The translations under genes and the position numbers were made by a program. Positions 10,572-23,891 of a DNA stretch of 64,000 nt are shown one piece after another. How positions within the stretch are numbered: the stretch's first letter is position 1; every line of letters starts with the position of its first letter. The DNA is from Psammoneis japonica. Lineage: Eukaryota. The notes beneath the pieces were generated by a model. That model did not search any database and was not told the DNA's origin. It was given only the letters and a program-made list of their open reading frames with translations. Where the stretch lies: NCBI GenBank assembly GCA_008632985.1, contig QPGO01000024.1, forward strand, positions 1-64,000, read 5' to 3'.

Positions 10572-13500
10572 CTATCGTTCCGGTCGTGCGGAAAAATCTG
10601 CCAACTTTAAGTTGCGACATTCGAAAGAATACGAGGAAAACTTCACCGAGATATCGCCGACCAATGGCAAGCGCGGCTTTTCAGGGTTCTCAGAACAAAG
10701 CGGTTTCAGGAGAGCCTTCTGATCTTTTTCGCAAAGGAACTTTACGATCATGCGAACAATCCCGAGACTGGATCCATCACCAAAATCTTGAGCAAACCAC
10801 TGACAAATCTTGGGAAGCAACACGGAAACACCGAAGCCATTGCTTCGCGTTGAGACTTGAACACTGCCTTGGAGATATGATGCTGACGCTTGATTCAATT
10901 GTTCTTCAAGATATGCAGCCTTGTAGATGGGTACGGAGGCAGGATTACTTCTGGATCCGCAGTTGAGTGCAAAATTTATCCTGTAGTCTGCTTGAGTGAG
11001 GGCGAACCGAAATTGCGACTTGGGAAGGACGAACTTGGATATGAACTGAGACGGGTAGTTCATGGATCCCCTGATAATGTTGTGCTCCAATTCTGTCAAC
11101 GAGAAGATATCGTCTGAGCACTGGTAAGCCACCATGTTGAAATAATTCAACCACTTGAAGGCTGAATCGGGAGTACCCAAGGCAAGGAATGCGTGCATTA
11201 TCATGACATGGTAGAGATTTAGGAAGAAGGCCAGCTTTTCTCTTTCGTTCAAAACATTCACGTCGACTTCCTTTAGTCGCGCTGTACTATTGAGAAATGC
11301 CACCAGTTTGTGCGCTTGTGAGTCTACTTTCGGGTCTAACGCTCGTACCAAAGCATCCTCTACCACAGCCGCCGCGCTTAAACCCTTGCACGCCGCAGTG
11401 AAAGAAAATTTTCGGCAATTCAAAATTCGCCGCTGTTTACAGCTCCACAGAGAGCTCTTGTGAAGGTACTCTTCTGTTGGATCGTCAACACTAAAGAGGA
11501 TATCCGAGTTGACACTTCTTTTCTCTTCCGTTTCTTTTGTAGCTGCCGATTTCCCACGCCGAGCCTTATTATTCGAGTTAGACGACTTGACTTTGAGAAT
11601 TTGCGACATCAGTTGATTTCGTTCAGACTCTCCCGCGAACATAAGATAGATGGTTCGACCTATCGTTTCGATTGCAAGAAAGCTGTACCGCGGGAAACAA
11701 GGGCATTCCTCCGTTGCGAGTCTCGCGACGTTGACAATGCTCTTCAGAGACATGCGAAAGTTTGGTTTGTTCTTTGTGGGTTGATAAAACGATAAGTGTC
11801 GGTCAGTGAGCTGAACCCATTCTTCAATCCAGTGATGCTCGCTGAGTGCACGGGCACAGTAACCTGAAGCAAGAACCGGTCGCGACGTATTTGCTGGAGA
11901 CACCGGCTTTTTTAGAAAAAGCGAATCCATGTCCGTCCTCAACTTCTTGAATCGATTAGCTTCACCAGTCACTCCTAAGGAGTTTTGAATCGATGAGTCG
12001 GCAATCATTTGACCCATGATGCGCCTTCCTCGTTCCAACGATGACATGCGTGGGGAACAGAATGCTCCTACCGCCTTCTTCTCTATGTCTGCATTAAAAA
12101 TGTTCTCAAATTGTGATACGGTACGAAAGACAGTCTCTGACCCTTGATGTAAATTGAAAGCATAAGTAGTGATGTACTTGCCCTTGGAGGAGGAAAAAAT
12201 CTCGACCCATGCAGGACAGAAAAAGTCCAAGTCCACCATTGACAGAGTCTCTGGTGTCGAATCTTTCGCCGTTGTTTGTACCGAGTCAAAGTAAAACAGT
12301 TCATCATCTTCGACACCGAGGCTAGCATCCCCAGCTTCGTTAGTATCAAAGAAACGAGTAAGATCGCTGTCTGACTCTCCTCTGTCCGTGAAATCCGCAC
12401 CGCTCTCTTGCCTGTCGAGAGTCGACAGCTGTCCAAAGGATGTTGCTGATCTTGCCAAAGGCCTAGCCTTGCCCCACGGTAGAATATCCTCTGTTTCCGA
12501 TTCCGATTCTTCCCCTTCGTCATGCATGACATGGTGTCCCAGGAACTTCATCTACCGTTATAGAGAACATTGTTGGCCAATAGGTGTAATTGTTTACAAT
12601 GCACCAGCCATAGCAAACAACAACACTCACCTGCAAGTCAAATATATATTTGTTCTCGTTTCTAACGTGCCTTTCTTCTTTGGATACGGGTTTCTCATAC
12701 ATAACAATACTAAGAAAAGAGCTCCCCCAGAACGTTCTAAGGTCAAGGTCCTTTGTGACTGGGAGGTTGACGACACGCCAGTCTGGGATATCTAGATACA
12801 TGCTATAAAAAGCGAAGGAATACGTGTCGTTCACGTTCCAATTTCCTTCACTTCTTCCTGCCTTCCTAGCAGCTTTCGAAGACTTTGTCTCCTGGAATAT
12901 CTCGTTTATCGGAGGCGGGGTCTCACCCGATTTCGTAACAATGACATCATCAAAGAACTGCCAAGCGGGAAAAACTATTCTCGCAGCTTCAACGCCTTTG
13001 CTGTCACCGAAGGAATAGTTTAAGTCGCTATTGAAACTTCGAACAAGGTTAAGTAAGACACTGCACATCCTTTGGGGAAAAAAGGAAACAGATGATGAGG
13101 AGCTCCTGCGAGAATCGATTGGTTGGTAGTCGTGACCAAAGCAATTGACATACCCTTTTCCAACCAAGCCTAGTTTCATTTGATCTGATACTTCACCGCC
13201 AGCATACACTGTGCCCTTTGGGACGTACTTGAATTTCCCCTGAAGCTGACATATAAGCTAATGAATTGGCCAGACGAGCAAAGAAATGTGCGGGAGTTTT
13301 TCATTAGTGGCAGTATATCATTCTCCTCAGTGCGAGACTTTCAAACTTACGCGTCGTTTTCTCTTTGAAAAGATCTTTTCATTATAATATGAATCATCCG
13401 TTGGGTCGGGAGGCCGTAAGACAATCAGCAGCTTTCCAACAAAAAGATCGGTTTCCACGGGAACGCCAGCGCGTGAGTTCAGAGGGAAATCTATCTTTTG

Positions 13501-14151
13501 ACCGTCTTTCTGGGTGATCGTCACAGCAAGAGACGGGAACTTCGGCGGAATCGAATCCTCTGTCGTACTCTTTCCTGGCTTAGTGGATCTTCCGTCGAGA
13601 GCAGGGTTAACTGAATCAATGTCAATGAATGTCTCTATGCCCTTCTTCCCGTCAGTTTCCACAGCCAGGTCTGGATTTGCAAACATGGACGCTACAGCCA
13701 ACCTTCCTTCAGCAGTAGCAAGAATGTCGCCTGTAACCAAGAGCAGATCTGCCCCGCCATTCAGACGAATTGCAGCACAGAACAATTCGACAGATGACAA
13801 AGAGAGAGACGAGGCGAATCTCACTAACGAAGCATCTCGACTTTTGCATCTTGCAACGACGTCACGGATGTCGTCATCTTTAGCAACCAGCATCCCAGAA
13901 GGCATAAAGGTTTCAGATACTGTCAATGTATATTCTCGGAAGACGATGAAAACTATAAGCCCACCAGTAGATTGAAGATCATCAGTTTGCTCCACTAACA
14001 CCGCGGCGGATGAATCACTGTCGCGCGATTCAAGAACAAACTTTTCGGGGAAAAGAAACATTATCATTTCCGCATCAGACTGGGGTTGCTTTGATTCCAG
14101 GGTGATCACATTATGTCGAGCCTCAGCAGATTGATTAACCCCCATAGCCAT
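10572..14151 (-). CDS. Multi-exon protein: DUF1769-like domain + PH-like domain + DUF547 domain; introns ~13247-13350 and ~12553-12630
   Basis: VPVETDLFVGKLLIVLRP...FSKRKRR|QGKFK..VYAGGEV...DTYSFAFYSMYLD..W is DUF1769-like. SGYCAR...WVQLTDRHLSFYQ...MSLKSIVNV is PH-like. EKLAFFLNLYHVMIMHA...SLTELEHNIIR...DYRINFALNCGSRSNP is DUF547. Start codon uncertain. Confidence 0.8.
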
Positions 14152-14748
14152 GATAATCAGCAAGAGCTATCGCGTCGACTGTTCAGTAGTAGCCCTACCA
14201 CACACGCGACAAAGAGAGTAGAAGAGTACTTCACTACCGTAAAATAAAAGAGAGGTGAAGTTACGGTAGTCTAGAGTCTAGGTACCTTACTCCTGTTGGG
14301 CTACAATCTCGTATCGCGGCGTGGCGAAACTCTGCAAAACCTCAGAACGAACGCACTGGATGGCTTGTGCGTAGGGCCCTACTACGTACCGGTATGTACC
14401 GTAAATCGCGCAGGTTCCGGTATGTACTTCTACATGCACGACTTACGTCATTTCTTTCCACGTCCCGCCCCGTGCCCGCCTCGCCCACGATTGGATACTA
14501 CTCGGGATATTTTTTTCATTTCCGTGAATGACTGAAGATAAATTATTAAAAGAAATGAAAATAAAACAAGCGCATTTCCGCTACCCAACCACCACCAAAT
14601 CAAAATCGCCTCGACGTGCACGGAGCGGAGCGGAGCGCCACGTTGAACTTTCCTTCCAACTTCCAGGTAGCAGTCATCACAACATACCGGTACATACATT
14701 ACAGGCCACAACACACATTGCGTTTGTGTTGCGAGTCACTTCAATCAC

Positions 14749-16437
14749 ATGTGTAAAACCACAGCAGCAGAGACATCTAGCAACAGAAAGGACTTGTCTG
14801 CAAGAATAGGAGCCGCCACGACGAGTCCTAGAATGCGAAGGGGAAAACGCGACAAAGAAGGCACGTTTGTGGCTCCTACAAAGAAACCAGGGCGGAGTCG
14901 CATTAAGAAGAAATCAAAGTCGCTTCAAAAGCACGGGTCTGATGGCAAATCAGGTGGTATAGAAGCGTTGATACCCTCCTTGATCGGTGTTGTAATTCTT
15001 GTGGTGTCAGCCATGGCAAAACTGGGTTTTCGTGGACGAGCTTCTGTCGCCGGTGTTGACCTTGGAACTACTAACAGCGTTATTTGTGTTCAACAGCCGT
15101 CGAAAACTGTTGGCGAGATCGTGTGTATGCCCGACCCCAATAGCGGTTCGCCTATCATTCCATCGGTTATTTCCTTCCTGGAGCACCCCGATAGAACCGG
15201 CAGAAATGACAAAAAAGTACCGCTTCTGGATCCGCATCCTTCTCAAGTTGTCGTTGGTCGTGAAGCCAAACATCGCATCGACACACATCCACACCATACA
15301 TTATACAACGCCAAGCGTGTTCTTGGTAGATCTTTCACGGATGATGCGGTCCGGGACTTACGCAATGAAGTCGAGTTCGAAATCATACGTGAAATCGAGG
15401 AAAGTGACTTGGACTCTACTTCTGACAGAGGCGGCGTGATGTTTCGGGTACCGCATCATCACAACTCTGAGTTGTCCTCCATACTACTGAAGCCTCAGCA
15501 AGTGGGGTCTTACATCGTACATCACCTTATTGAAATCACGAAACTCAATTTAGGTCATGAGAACGTCAAGGCTGCGGTGATTGCAGTTCCAGCTAAATTC
15601 AATTCTTATCAGCGTCAAATGACCGTGGAAGCATTTAAGATAGCCGGCGTGACGGTTTCGCGAATACTGGAGGAACCAACCGCAGCCGCCTTAGCGTATG
15701 GCCTCGACAAAAAAGAAAACGTGGACTACATACTAGTCTATGATTTTGGGGGTGGGACGCTCGATGTGAGCATACTCCATGTTAGCAACGACGGCTTCGT
15801 TGATGTCATGGGCAGCGATGGCGACGATCGACTTGGTGGTGCCGATTTTGATGCTGCCGTCGCACACTTTTTGCTTAGGAATCAGGGCGGCCAAGATGTG
15901 GTGGATCGAGTGGCGAAGATCCTGGGACAGTTTGAGATCCAGTTTCAAGTTTCCGATTCCGGTGATGTGGAAGAGGCGTTGGATGAGGCTTGCCCAGTGT
16001 TAAGAAACGTGTCGCTTTGTACAGTTTCCTCGTTTCATACTCTTGGGGAGAAAATGAAAATAGAACTTTCTTCATATCCAAATGAAAACGTGGAAGTCCG
16101 CGCTGAATGCTTAAGCCCTCCAATTCAGAGCTCCATGCCTGCCACATTGACGGACTTTTGTGAATCGCTACGATCCTATCCATTATCACTGACAAGCTTG
16201 CAGTACAATGACCTTGCACGACCCTTATTTGACAGGTCCAAGCTCCCTATCGAGAGGCTGCTGGACGATTTGGGCTTGCGTAAAGAAGAAATCGATGAAG
16301 TGGTGATGGTAGGTGGTACAACACGAATGCCACAGATACGAGAGTTGGTGAAAGAGGTGTTGGTTATGGAAACACTCAATACCCACATCGATCCCGATTT
16401 GACAGTCGCGTACGGTGCAGCATCAGTAATTGATTAA
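14749..16437 (+). CDS. Atypical Hsp70 (HSPA13/STCH-like): N-terminal TM segment plus ATPase domain, no substrate-binding domain
   Basis: [71 protein letters not shown] and [11 protein letters not shown]; the stop follows four residues later. Confidence 0.92.
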   Translation: MCKTTAAETSSNRKDLSARIGAATTSPRMRRGKRDKEGTFVAPTKKPGRSRIKKKSKSLQKHGSDGKSGGIEALIPSLIGVVILVVSAMAKLGFRGRASVAGVDLGTTNSVICVQQPSKTVGEIVCMPDPNSGSPIIPSVISFLEHPDRTGRNDKKVPLLDPHPSQVVVGREAKHRIDTHPHHTLYNAKRVLGRSFTDDAVRDLRNEVEFEIIREIEESDLDSTSDRGGVMFRVPHHHNSELSSILLKPQQVGSYIVHHLIEITKLNLGHENVKAAVIAVPAKFNSYQRQMTVEAFKIAGVTVSRILEEPTAAALAYGLDKKENVDYILVYDFGGGTLDVSILHVSNDGFVDVMGSDGDDRLGGADFDAAVAHFLLRNQGGQDVVDRVAKILGQFEIQFQVSDSGDVEEALDEACPVLRNVSLCTVSSFHTLGEKMKIELSSYPNENVEVRAECLSPPIQSSMPATLTDFCESLRSYPLSLTSLQYNDLARPLFDRSKLPIERLLDDLGLRKEEIDEVVMVGGTTRMPQIRELVKEVLVMETLNTHIDPDLTVAYGAASVID

Positions 16438-16599
16438 AGAAACGCTCGTTTCGCCTAGGTTAGGTTTGCAACGAAAATCAGAATTGCATTCTTAGTTATC
16501 TGCATACAGGATGCTTTGCTTGATTCTCTCTTCATTCTCTTTTATTTAGATTGGCTAATCAAGTCTGTGGAACTACCGAAAGCTGGGGTAGACACCTGT

Positions 16600-19500
16600 T
16601 TCCCTCGTGAGATCGATGCTGTGGGTTTGGTTTTAAGAATCAAATGAGAGCATTTTTAACGCCAGTCGCACCAACAGCTTGACGATCGGTTTTGCGGACC
16701 ACCATGACTCTTTTTGCCAACAGGAAAGATGCAAAAAGTTGGCTCTGAACTTGCATCGAGCAATGCAAGAAACTCTCCACTGGCACTGGTGATGCAGGCA
16801 CTGACGATGCAAAAGCGGCCCAAGATGCCGCTTCGACTGGCGCTCTAGCTCCAAGCAGCTGGGATTCGACAAAAGGGCAGCCACGACTTTCTGGCAGTGT
16901 CAGACTGCAACCAGCCCTCTCTCTCTAGAAGGATGACTCTGTCTTGAGCCATTTCATGTGTAATGCAAAGAAAGGTTGCAAAGAAAAGGGCACTGGCGGA
17001 ACATTGCACAGTTGTGGCTGTGGCTCCACAATTGGCAAGTGACATGTTCACCTCAACCACTGCACTCCCTTTGCTTTGCCCGCATTGCAAAACCACACAA
17101 TGGTTTTAAAACCATGCCTGACATTGAAAACATGTTGGCATCAACTCTTTGAGGTGCATGTTCATTGCCATGCTCTGTCATGGCTGATCACCATCATCTC
17201 TCATCTCCGCACCACTTTGCCAGAGGTGACATGATTGCAGCAAGAAAAGGCAGAGACAAACCTCTGAAGAAAGATTTCATGTCCACCAAACAAAGCAAGT
17301 GTCACTCTTTTTCTGCATCATCCATCATCTGCATGAAGCATCTGCTGACTTGTCATGTGGTGGCCACCAGTGTGGCTGCAAAATGTCATGCTGTGAGAAT
17401 GGAAAGACCCACGAGTGGAAACTGTGCAGGGCTGCCCAAACTCTGTCATTGCATTGTGGCCATGTGTGAGTCCAAAATGAGGATGGGCAAATGCATTGAG
17501 CCAGTTGTTGCATTTAAGCACACAGCAGAGAAAACATTTCCACAACACAGAGAGAAAAAATCAAGCAACAAAGCTTTTGATTGTCTCAGTTCTGCACAGA
17601 ACACATGAAGCAATTGTTTTTGTGGCAGATCTCAAAGTTTGCCAAGTGCAACAAACATGAACAAAAGAGATGGGCTTGCCAATCTGCTGGCCCCTCAATG
17701 GGATGCTCTCCTCCTTTCTTGATTGTCAGTGCAGTGCATCATGCACATCTCTGCAATCAAGCAGGGAGCTGACAAATGCTGTTGAGACATGCACAAAACA
17801 TGCCCTCTGACTGAAAAAACAAAATTCTGTTCACAATGGTGGGGGCTTGGTGCCACACAAACAGGCAGCTGCTTTTTGCAAGGTTCACAAGAATGTGACA
17901 TAAAACCATTGCTGTGCTTGGTGCAAGAGACAAGCGTTCATGCTTCCCTTCCTTGTGGTGTGCTGCAAGTGCTTTTAAAATGCACAACTTTGTCTGTTCT
18001 CAGTGCAAAGCTGTCAAAGCGGCAAGTCAATGTTGCAAAAGGAGGGAGTCCCATTGGTCAGTCACAACAATGGCTGTGGGTTGAAAGTGGTGTTGCTGCA
18101 AACTGTGAATTTGTGTGACAACATGTGCCTGCCAATGCTGAGTGACAAATCATGCAAACCAAATGATTTGCTCCAAAGAGTGAGATGAAACTGAAAGGTG
18201 AGAGATTGCTGACAGTGAAACCTCACTTGTCAAGAGTTGCAAAATGAGCTGCATCATTGGCCACTGCATCTTTTCTTCAACACGTCCAGGTTCTTCACAT
18301 TTCCCACAACCTGGATGCTGTTCCAACAAAAGCATCAAGAAAATTGTGCACACTGCACAAAGCAGCGGAAATTTCACTTGTGCAATGCAGAAGCAGTGCA
18401 CACAGCTGCAAGAAGCCCCCCAGTTGTTGGAGTTTTGCAGCTTGCTAGCCAGCATGCATTTGGTGTCACCAATCCTGAGCTTGCTGTGTGGCTTGCAAAC
18501 ACATTTCTCCAATGCCACATCTGCTTTTGCAATGTCAACCAGGTGCAGAAGGCAAAAGGTCAAAGGGAGCACAAGACCCACAACTCAACCCAAGTTGAGA
18601 ACACAAATCCACCATGTTGTCCACAATCATCAGCACATCTTACACTGCAATGTCAAATGTCCATCCTGCAGAAACTGCCTCTCACCACAATGCACCAACA
18701 CACTCCTTTGCACAAGTCATCAATTGGTTGGCCTCAGGAGGCACATCAAGAAGCATGATGGGAGGATGACACTTGGAAACCATGCCATCCAAATCCACAT
18801 TGACTGTTGTTCTGTCAACTCCTGTGGCCTGCATCACAAGATGACTCTGCCAACAAATGACCACCATTGCTGTTGAGCAAAGCACAACCCCATTTCACAT
18901 GCCCAACCTTGCAACATTTCCATGGTTTGATCTGCTTTTTATCATTCTGCACAAAGCTTGCACTCTCAGGGTTTTTGTTGAAACCACAAGTGTCCAACAC
19001 ATGCAGTGCTGTTGCTGCTCCTTCAATCTTGTGACAAAGGCCTTTGCACAGTTTCCCACAATTGTGTTGAATGCCCTTGCCTTCTGTGTCTTGTAGAATG
19101 TGATCTGTTCACACATGGTGATCACATTGCTTGCCCCAGATTGTCTTGTCCTTCTTCAATGTGGCATCTCCCAATGGACACTCTGGCTCTTTTGGCATGC
19201 TCTCCTGCCTCAGAGATGCCAGCACCTGCATCTCTAGCCCAAACATTTTTCCAACACACTGGTTGATCTTCTTCATGGTTTCTGTGCAACCATCTGCCTG
19301 TGAACCCAACTCAGCAATGGCATCATGCACCCACTCCTTTGAATCGTTTGTGCTTCTGCATCTGGCTTTGTCCTTGAGATTGTTTCTTTGCCCTTGTCCA
19401 CCAACCCAAGTCATGAATGCAAATCTGTCACAAAGTCCACAGTCATCAGTGCATCATGCACTGCAACATTGTCTGTCTGTCCTGCAAAAACTGCCTCTCA

Positions 19501-22500
19501 CCAAAATGTTCCAACAGCACCTCTTGAGCCACAGCAACCTCAATCTTTTCTTTCATCAGCTGCACATTGCATGCAGATGAGTCAAGAGTGAGTTTTTGCT
19601 TGTGGTTTGTTCCCTTTTCTCATTGCCACACCCACATGGCTTCTTTGGCACTGCAGTGGTGATGACTTGTGTGGCTGCCACTGGTGGCTCCACCGCACTG
19701 TCTGGTGCTTCAGCATTGGTCACTGCCCCCAATTCCTCCTCTTTTCAGAGCAGCTCAGCTGTGTAGACTCCTGTCCACCTTTTCTCCAGTTCCTTTTTTT
19801 TTGGAGAAGGGCTGGCTCTGGCCATCTTAGAGGACTCCCGTCCCCATTTGGTTGGCACAACTCTCAAAGCAGCAAGGCAGTGTCTGATCTGATCTTGCCT
19901 CTGATGACACTGCCATGGCAGCTGGATTGTTTAAAGTTGGCAAACAGTCTGGCAAATGCCACTCCAGCACTTCCCACATGCATCCTTGTTGCTCAAAATG
20001 GTGCTCAGCTCTCCCTGCTGTGGCCCATCTGAGTGCTGTGCTGCTCAAGCAAAGCTTGTCATTGGCAAGGCAATTCTGTTGGCTTGGGTGCACACCTCAC
20101 CTTCCTCTGCTGTGGCAGCCACTTGGTCTGACTCTGTCATTGTGGCAGCCTCTGGTCCAAGAGTTGCGGCCACCAGTGCCACCCATGTTGTCTTGCCAAA
20201 GTTGTGGAGTGCAACACGCCCATGCTGAATGCTGGCTCTGGGACATGCTGTGCCTCCATCATCTGCTTCTCCTTGTTGTCTGCCAGCCATGTCATTCATG
20301 CATGACTCATGTCATTCTTTCAGTTCTCTAAAGCTGTCAGACTCTTTCAGTGATGCCTTTGTTGCGTGCACTTTGACAAGACCCAAGCCCTTTCTTGGCT
20401 GCCAGCAGTTCACAGCACCACCCTGGCTGCAGACATCAGCTGCCTTTTGGCTTTGTTTGCAGGCTCTGTCTTTGGCAGTCATGTGGTCCTTGCCCAGAGC
20501 ACTGTGAAGGTGACTTGCGAGTTCCATCCAACCTTTTGGAGGCCCAGGCAAGTGCAAAGATCTGGTGCACTCACCCTCAAATGAGGCCTGAGTGTGCCAG
20601 CTGTTCAGTGTGTGACTTCATCAAATCAGTGATGCAGAGCACTGCAGCCATGCCAGCATCACACATCACACCAATCAGATCCCATCTGCATTGCGCAAGT
20701 GAAAAAATGGATTGGTGCTCTCATGACCAATCTTTTGTTGGCGCTTCACACCCAGAAAAAAGCCATTGCTCTGCAGAAGTCAATGGCAATTTGGTGCTGA
20801 GCTCAGCCAAGACTTTTCTGTCTCCTCAACAGCAATCCCCAACCTCACATTCATGACTGCAGCATTGGTGCAACAAAGTGAATTGGAAGAAACAACTCCT
20901 GTTGTTGTCTCTGCTGAAAGAGGCCCGCGACAATGCTCCAAGTGCTTTCAGCGACAAAAATTGTGGAGTCAACCTTCACCACTTTCCAACAGGCTCAAGA
21001 AGTGCTGGGACTGTAAAACTTCATTGTTTGAGACCAATTTGTTGTTGGGCCAAGTGTGGGTGACTTTCTGAGACTGCCTCATAAAAAAAGCTGACACCAT
21101 CCACCATTTTACTCCAAAAAATGACTGCCTCAACCAAAAGCAAAGTTTGTTGAGGTGGAGTCTGGCTCACATGTGGTTGAGCACAGTGGCAACAAAGAGT
21201 CACTGCAAGGTGTGCTAAAAGAGGTGGGGCTGCCCCCCCCCCCAGCTGCAAAAAAGTGTGCATGGAAAAGATTCCATGTTTTGTGAGTTGCCTGGCATCT
21301 GTGCAGCACAAAGATCATCAATGGCAAGATGTTGAGCAGTGGGAACATGACAACACACACAAACAGCAGTCTTTCTCATCTCACTCTTTTCTTGCAGGGA
21401 GAAACAGGTGATGGCCTCATGCAAAAGGGGGGAAGACCAAAACTTGCTGAGGGTTGGGTTGAAAACAGGCAGCTGCCAAAAATTGTTTCAGAAAGTGTTT
21501 TGAAAGGTGCTCATTCTTGCCACGTCTGTGTGCTGTGCATTGACACCAGTTTTGTGCCAAATGGATGAAGTGTCACTTCTGAATGGAAGCTCCACAACCA
21601 GTCAATTGGCAACAACTGCATGTGTGCTTGCAGGCTCTGTCATTTGCAATCTTCTTTCGCTGGATCAAGATGAGTCTAAGTGCTGCAAGTGCAGGATTGT
21701 CAGTTTGGCCAACATTGCTGTCAAAGCTTTCAGAGCACATGGGGGGCTGGTTCTTCACCAGGTGCAAGAATTGCAGTCAGGATGATTGCCATGTGTTGCT
21801 GGAAGCAACAGCCAGAATTGTTTGGACTTAAAGAAGAACCTGTCATCTGCACACCAGCCAAGAAGCTGTTTGAGTTGAGTGAACAACCCAGGCCACTTGC
21901 ACACTTCATGATGGCAAAAAAAGCAGTGCTGCCATTGGCAATCTCAGCAAAGAAAGAATGACTCAATGGTGGGCAAAGCCTTTTGAAGTGGAGCCCAACT
22001 CATGTGCAGTTGAGCACAACAATGACAAAGAGGAGCCATTGCAAGGAAGACTTAAAGTGGTGCTCCCAGCTGCAAAAAAGGTGAGCAAAGAAAATTCCAT
22101 GCAGCTCCAAGCTGAGAAGGAGTCTTGTCCAGAGCTGCTTGGCATCTGCACAAAGAGTTTCCATTTGCACTGTGTGAGCAAAACAGCAAAGTGTGCAAGG
22201 CTGAACACACAATTGTCTGCTGTCCATGCACTCTTTGGTGAGGTCTGCAAGTGCACCCTTGCCCACCATCTTTTGTGCACCATTGTTGTTGATCATTTTG
22301 TTGAACCATGACCAACATGAGAAAGTGCCGCTTGTTCTTGTTTTGTGCTCTTTCCCTGTTGTGTGCAAAGGATGATGGCTGCAGAAGGGACAGCCAAAAT
22401 CACCAAAGGCAAGATTGAAGACAGCACAAAATTGTCTCTAGAGCATTGGAAGGTGCTCATTCTCACTGCAGGGTGCAAAAAAAGTTTCTGGGAGAGAAAC

Positions 22501-23890
22501 ACCATAAAGAAGGGAGAAGCCACTTTTCTGACAATTTTGCAGTTGCTTGGTCTGGTGAAGCAAGATGCTTTGCATTGCAACATGCCATTGACAGCACTGC
22601 CAAAGCAACCAGCAATGGGCACAATGTGTGTGCTGCAAATGTGCACCAACAGCCTCCACACACCCAAGAGCAGCATTTTAATGTGAAGGTGTGGTGACAG
22701 ATCTGTCATTTTTGTCACAAAAGTCTCTTGAACTTGCCCTTGGAATGCTCCAAAGAAGCAAAAACTGCTGGCTGTCCAGAGCAACTCATTGTCAAACTTG
22801 TCAAAAGCATGGCTTTGCTCCAGTCTGCAACTTTGCACATGAAGGGTGTGTGTGCAGTGCAAAACTCCATTTTTTGTCTTTTGGTGTGCAGGGCGGGGGC
22901 TTCATTGATGGTGGCACTGTGCCACAAAACACAAAAAGTTGCACATTGCAGAGAAAAAGTTGCAGCACTGTTGTCAAGCAACTGGCTGCATGGCATTTTT
23001 CATGCTTTGCAATTTTCCCTCTGAGAAAAGAACTTCAAGTTTGATGTGTCATGCCAGATGCACACAAAAAGCTGCAAAACGTTTCAGAAATCTGAGCTGG
23101 AAAGCACCCCCAACTGACTTTGTGCTTGTTTGCACTCCTCATTTTTGCCAATCACCAGCTGCAAGAAGGTGTTGCTCAAAACAGTCTGCTGGGCATGGCA
23201 GCACATCATGGGCAGGTGAGGCATTCTTCCACCAGCTCAACATGCTGGTGTTCAGCTCCCCGCAATGCATTGCTGGTGACTCTGCAGAAGTTGAAAAGTC
23301 TGGCATCCTTTGAGAATTTTTCTCAATGCTTCGAGCCATCTGCCCCAAGCACAGATGATGATGCACCATGGGCTGGACAACTGCCAAAAAAGTTCTTGTC
23401 ATTCTCCAGGGCACAACACAGAGAAGAACACCAAGCATGAGCTGCTCTGGGGGAGACCTTGGATTCCTGTTGCACATCAGATTGATGGAAAATCCAAGGG
23501 GCAAACCTCAGCAGCCAATGACTTCTCATCAAGGTTGAAGTTGCCACCCCAAAACCACAGCATGGCTTGAGCACATGCAGTGCATGGCAAAGGAGGGAGG
23601 CTGCAATCACGAGTTGCTTGCCAAGGAGGAAGATGCTGTCAAACACTGTTTCTTCCAGCACTTTTTGTTTTTGGTCTTGTGAGTTTGAGTGGCTTGTGCA
23701 TGTCAAGCCCAAAAACAGGACAGATGGACAAGTGGCAAATCGGGCTGTTTTTTTTTTGCTGTGTGCACAACATTTGGTGAAATCAACCTCACTTGCCAAA
23801 GTCAGCAGTTGTCTCTCAATGACATTTGACATCATTGATGACACTGCTGTGATGATCCTCATTGCCTCTCAATGAATTCAGCAGGGCTGT
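16600..23890. mobile_element. Patchwork of heavily mutated transposon remnants (TpA/CpG-depleted)
   Basis: Almost no TA or CG dinucleotides and no credible host ORF. Contains a gag-like fragment, a diverged internal duplication (~18570 vs ~19400) and a possible Copia RT fragment (MNLPLE...IVKLVKSM near 22730-22830). Confidence 0.7.
18880..19400 (-). mobile_element. Ty1/copia-like gag fragment with degenerate CCHC knuckle
   Basis: ETMKKINQCVGKMFGLEMQVL...KEPECP...KTIWGKQCDHHV / KARAFNTIVGNC..AFVTRL / PWKCCKVGHVKWGC resemble the gag of diatom Copia elements once C/H are read back to Y. Confidence 0.5.
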
Positions 23891-23891
23891 C

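Noticed and set aside
22720..22960. A complete Copia pol gene
   Set aside because: Only a short KLVKSM-like stretch resembles Copia RT; no ordered integrase, YVDD or RNase H motifs could be traced.
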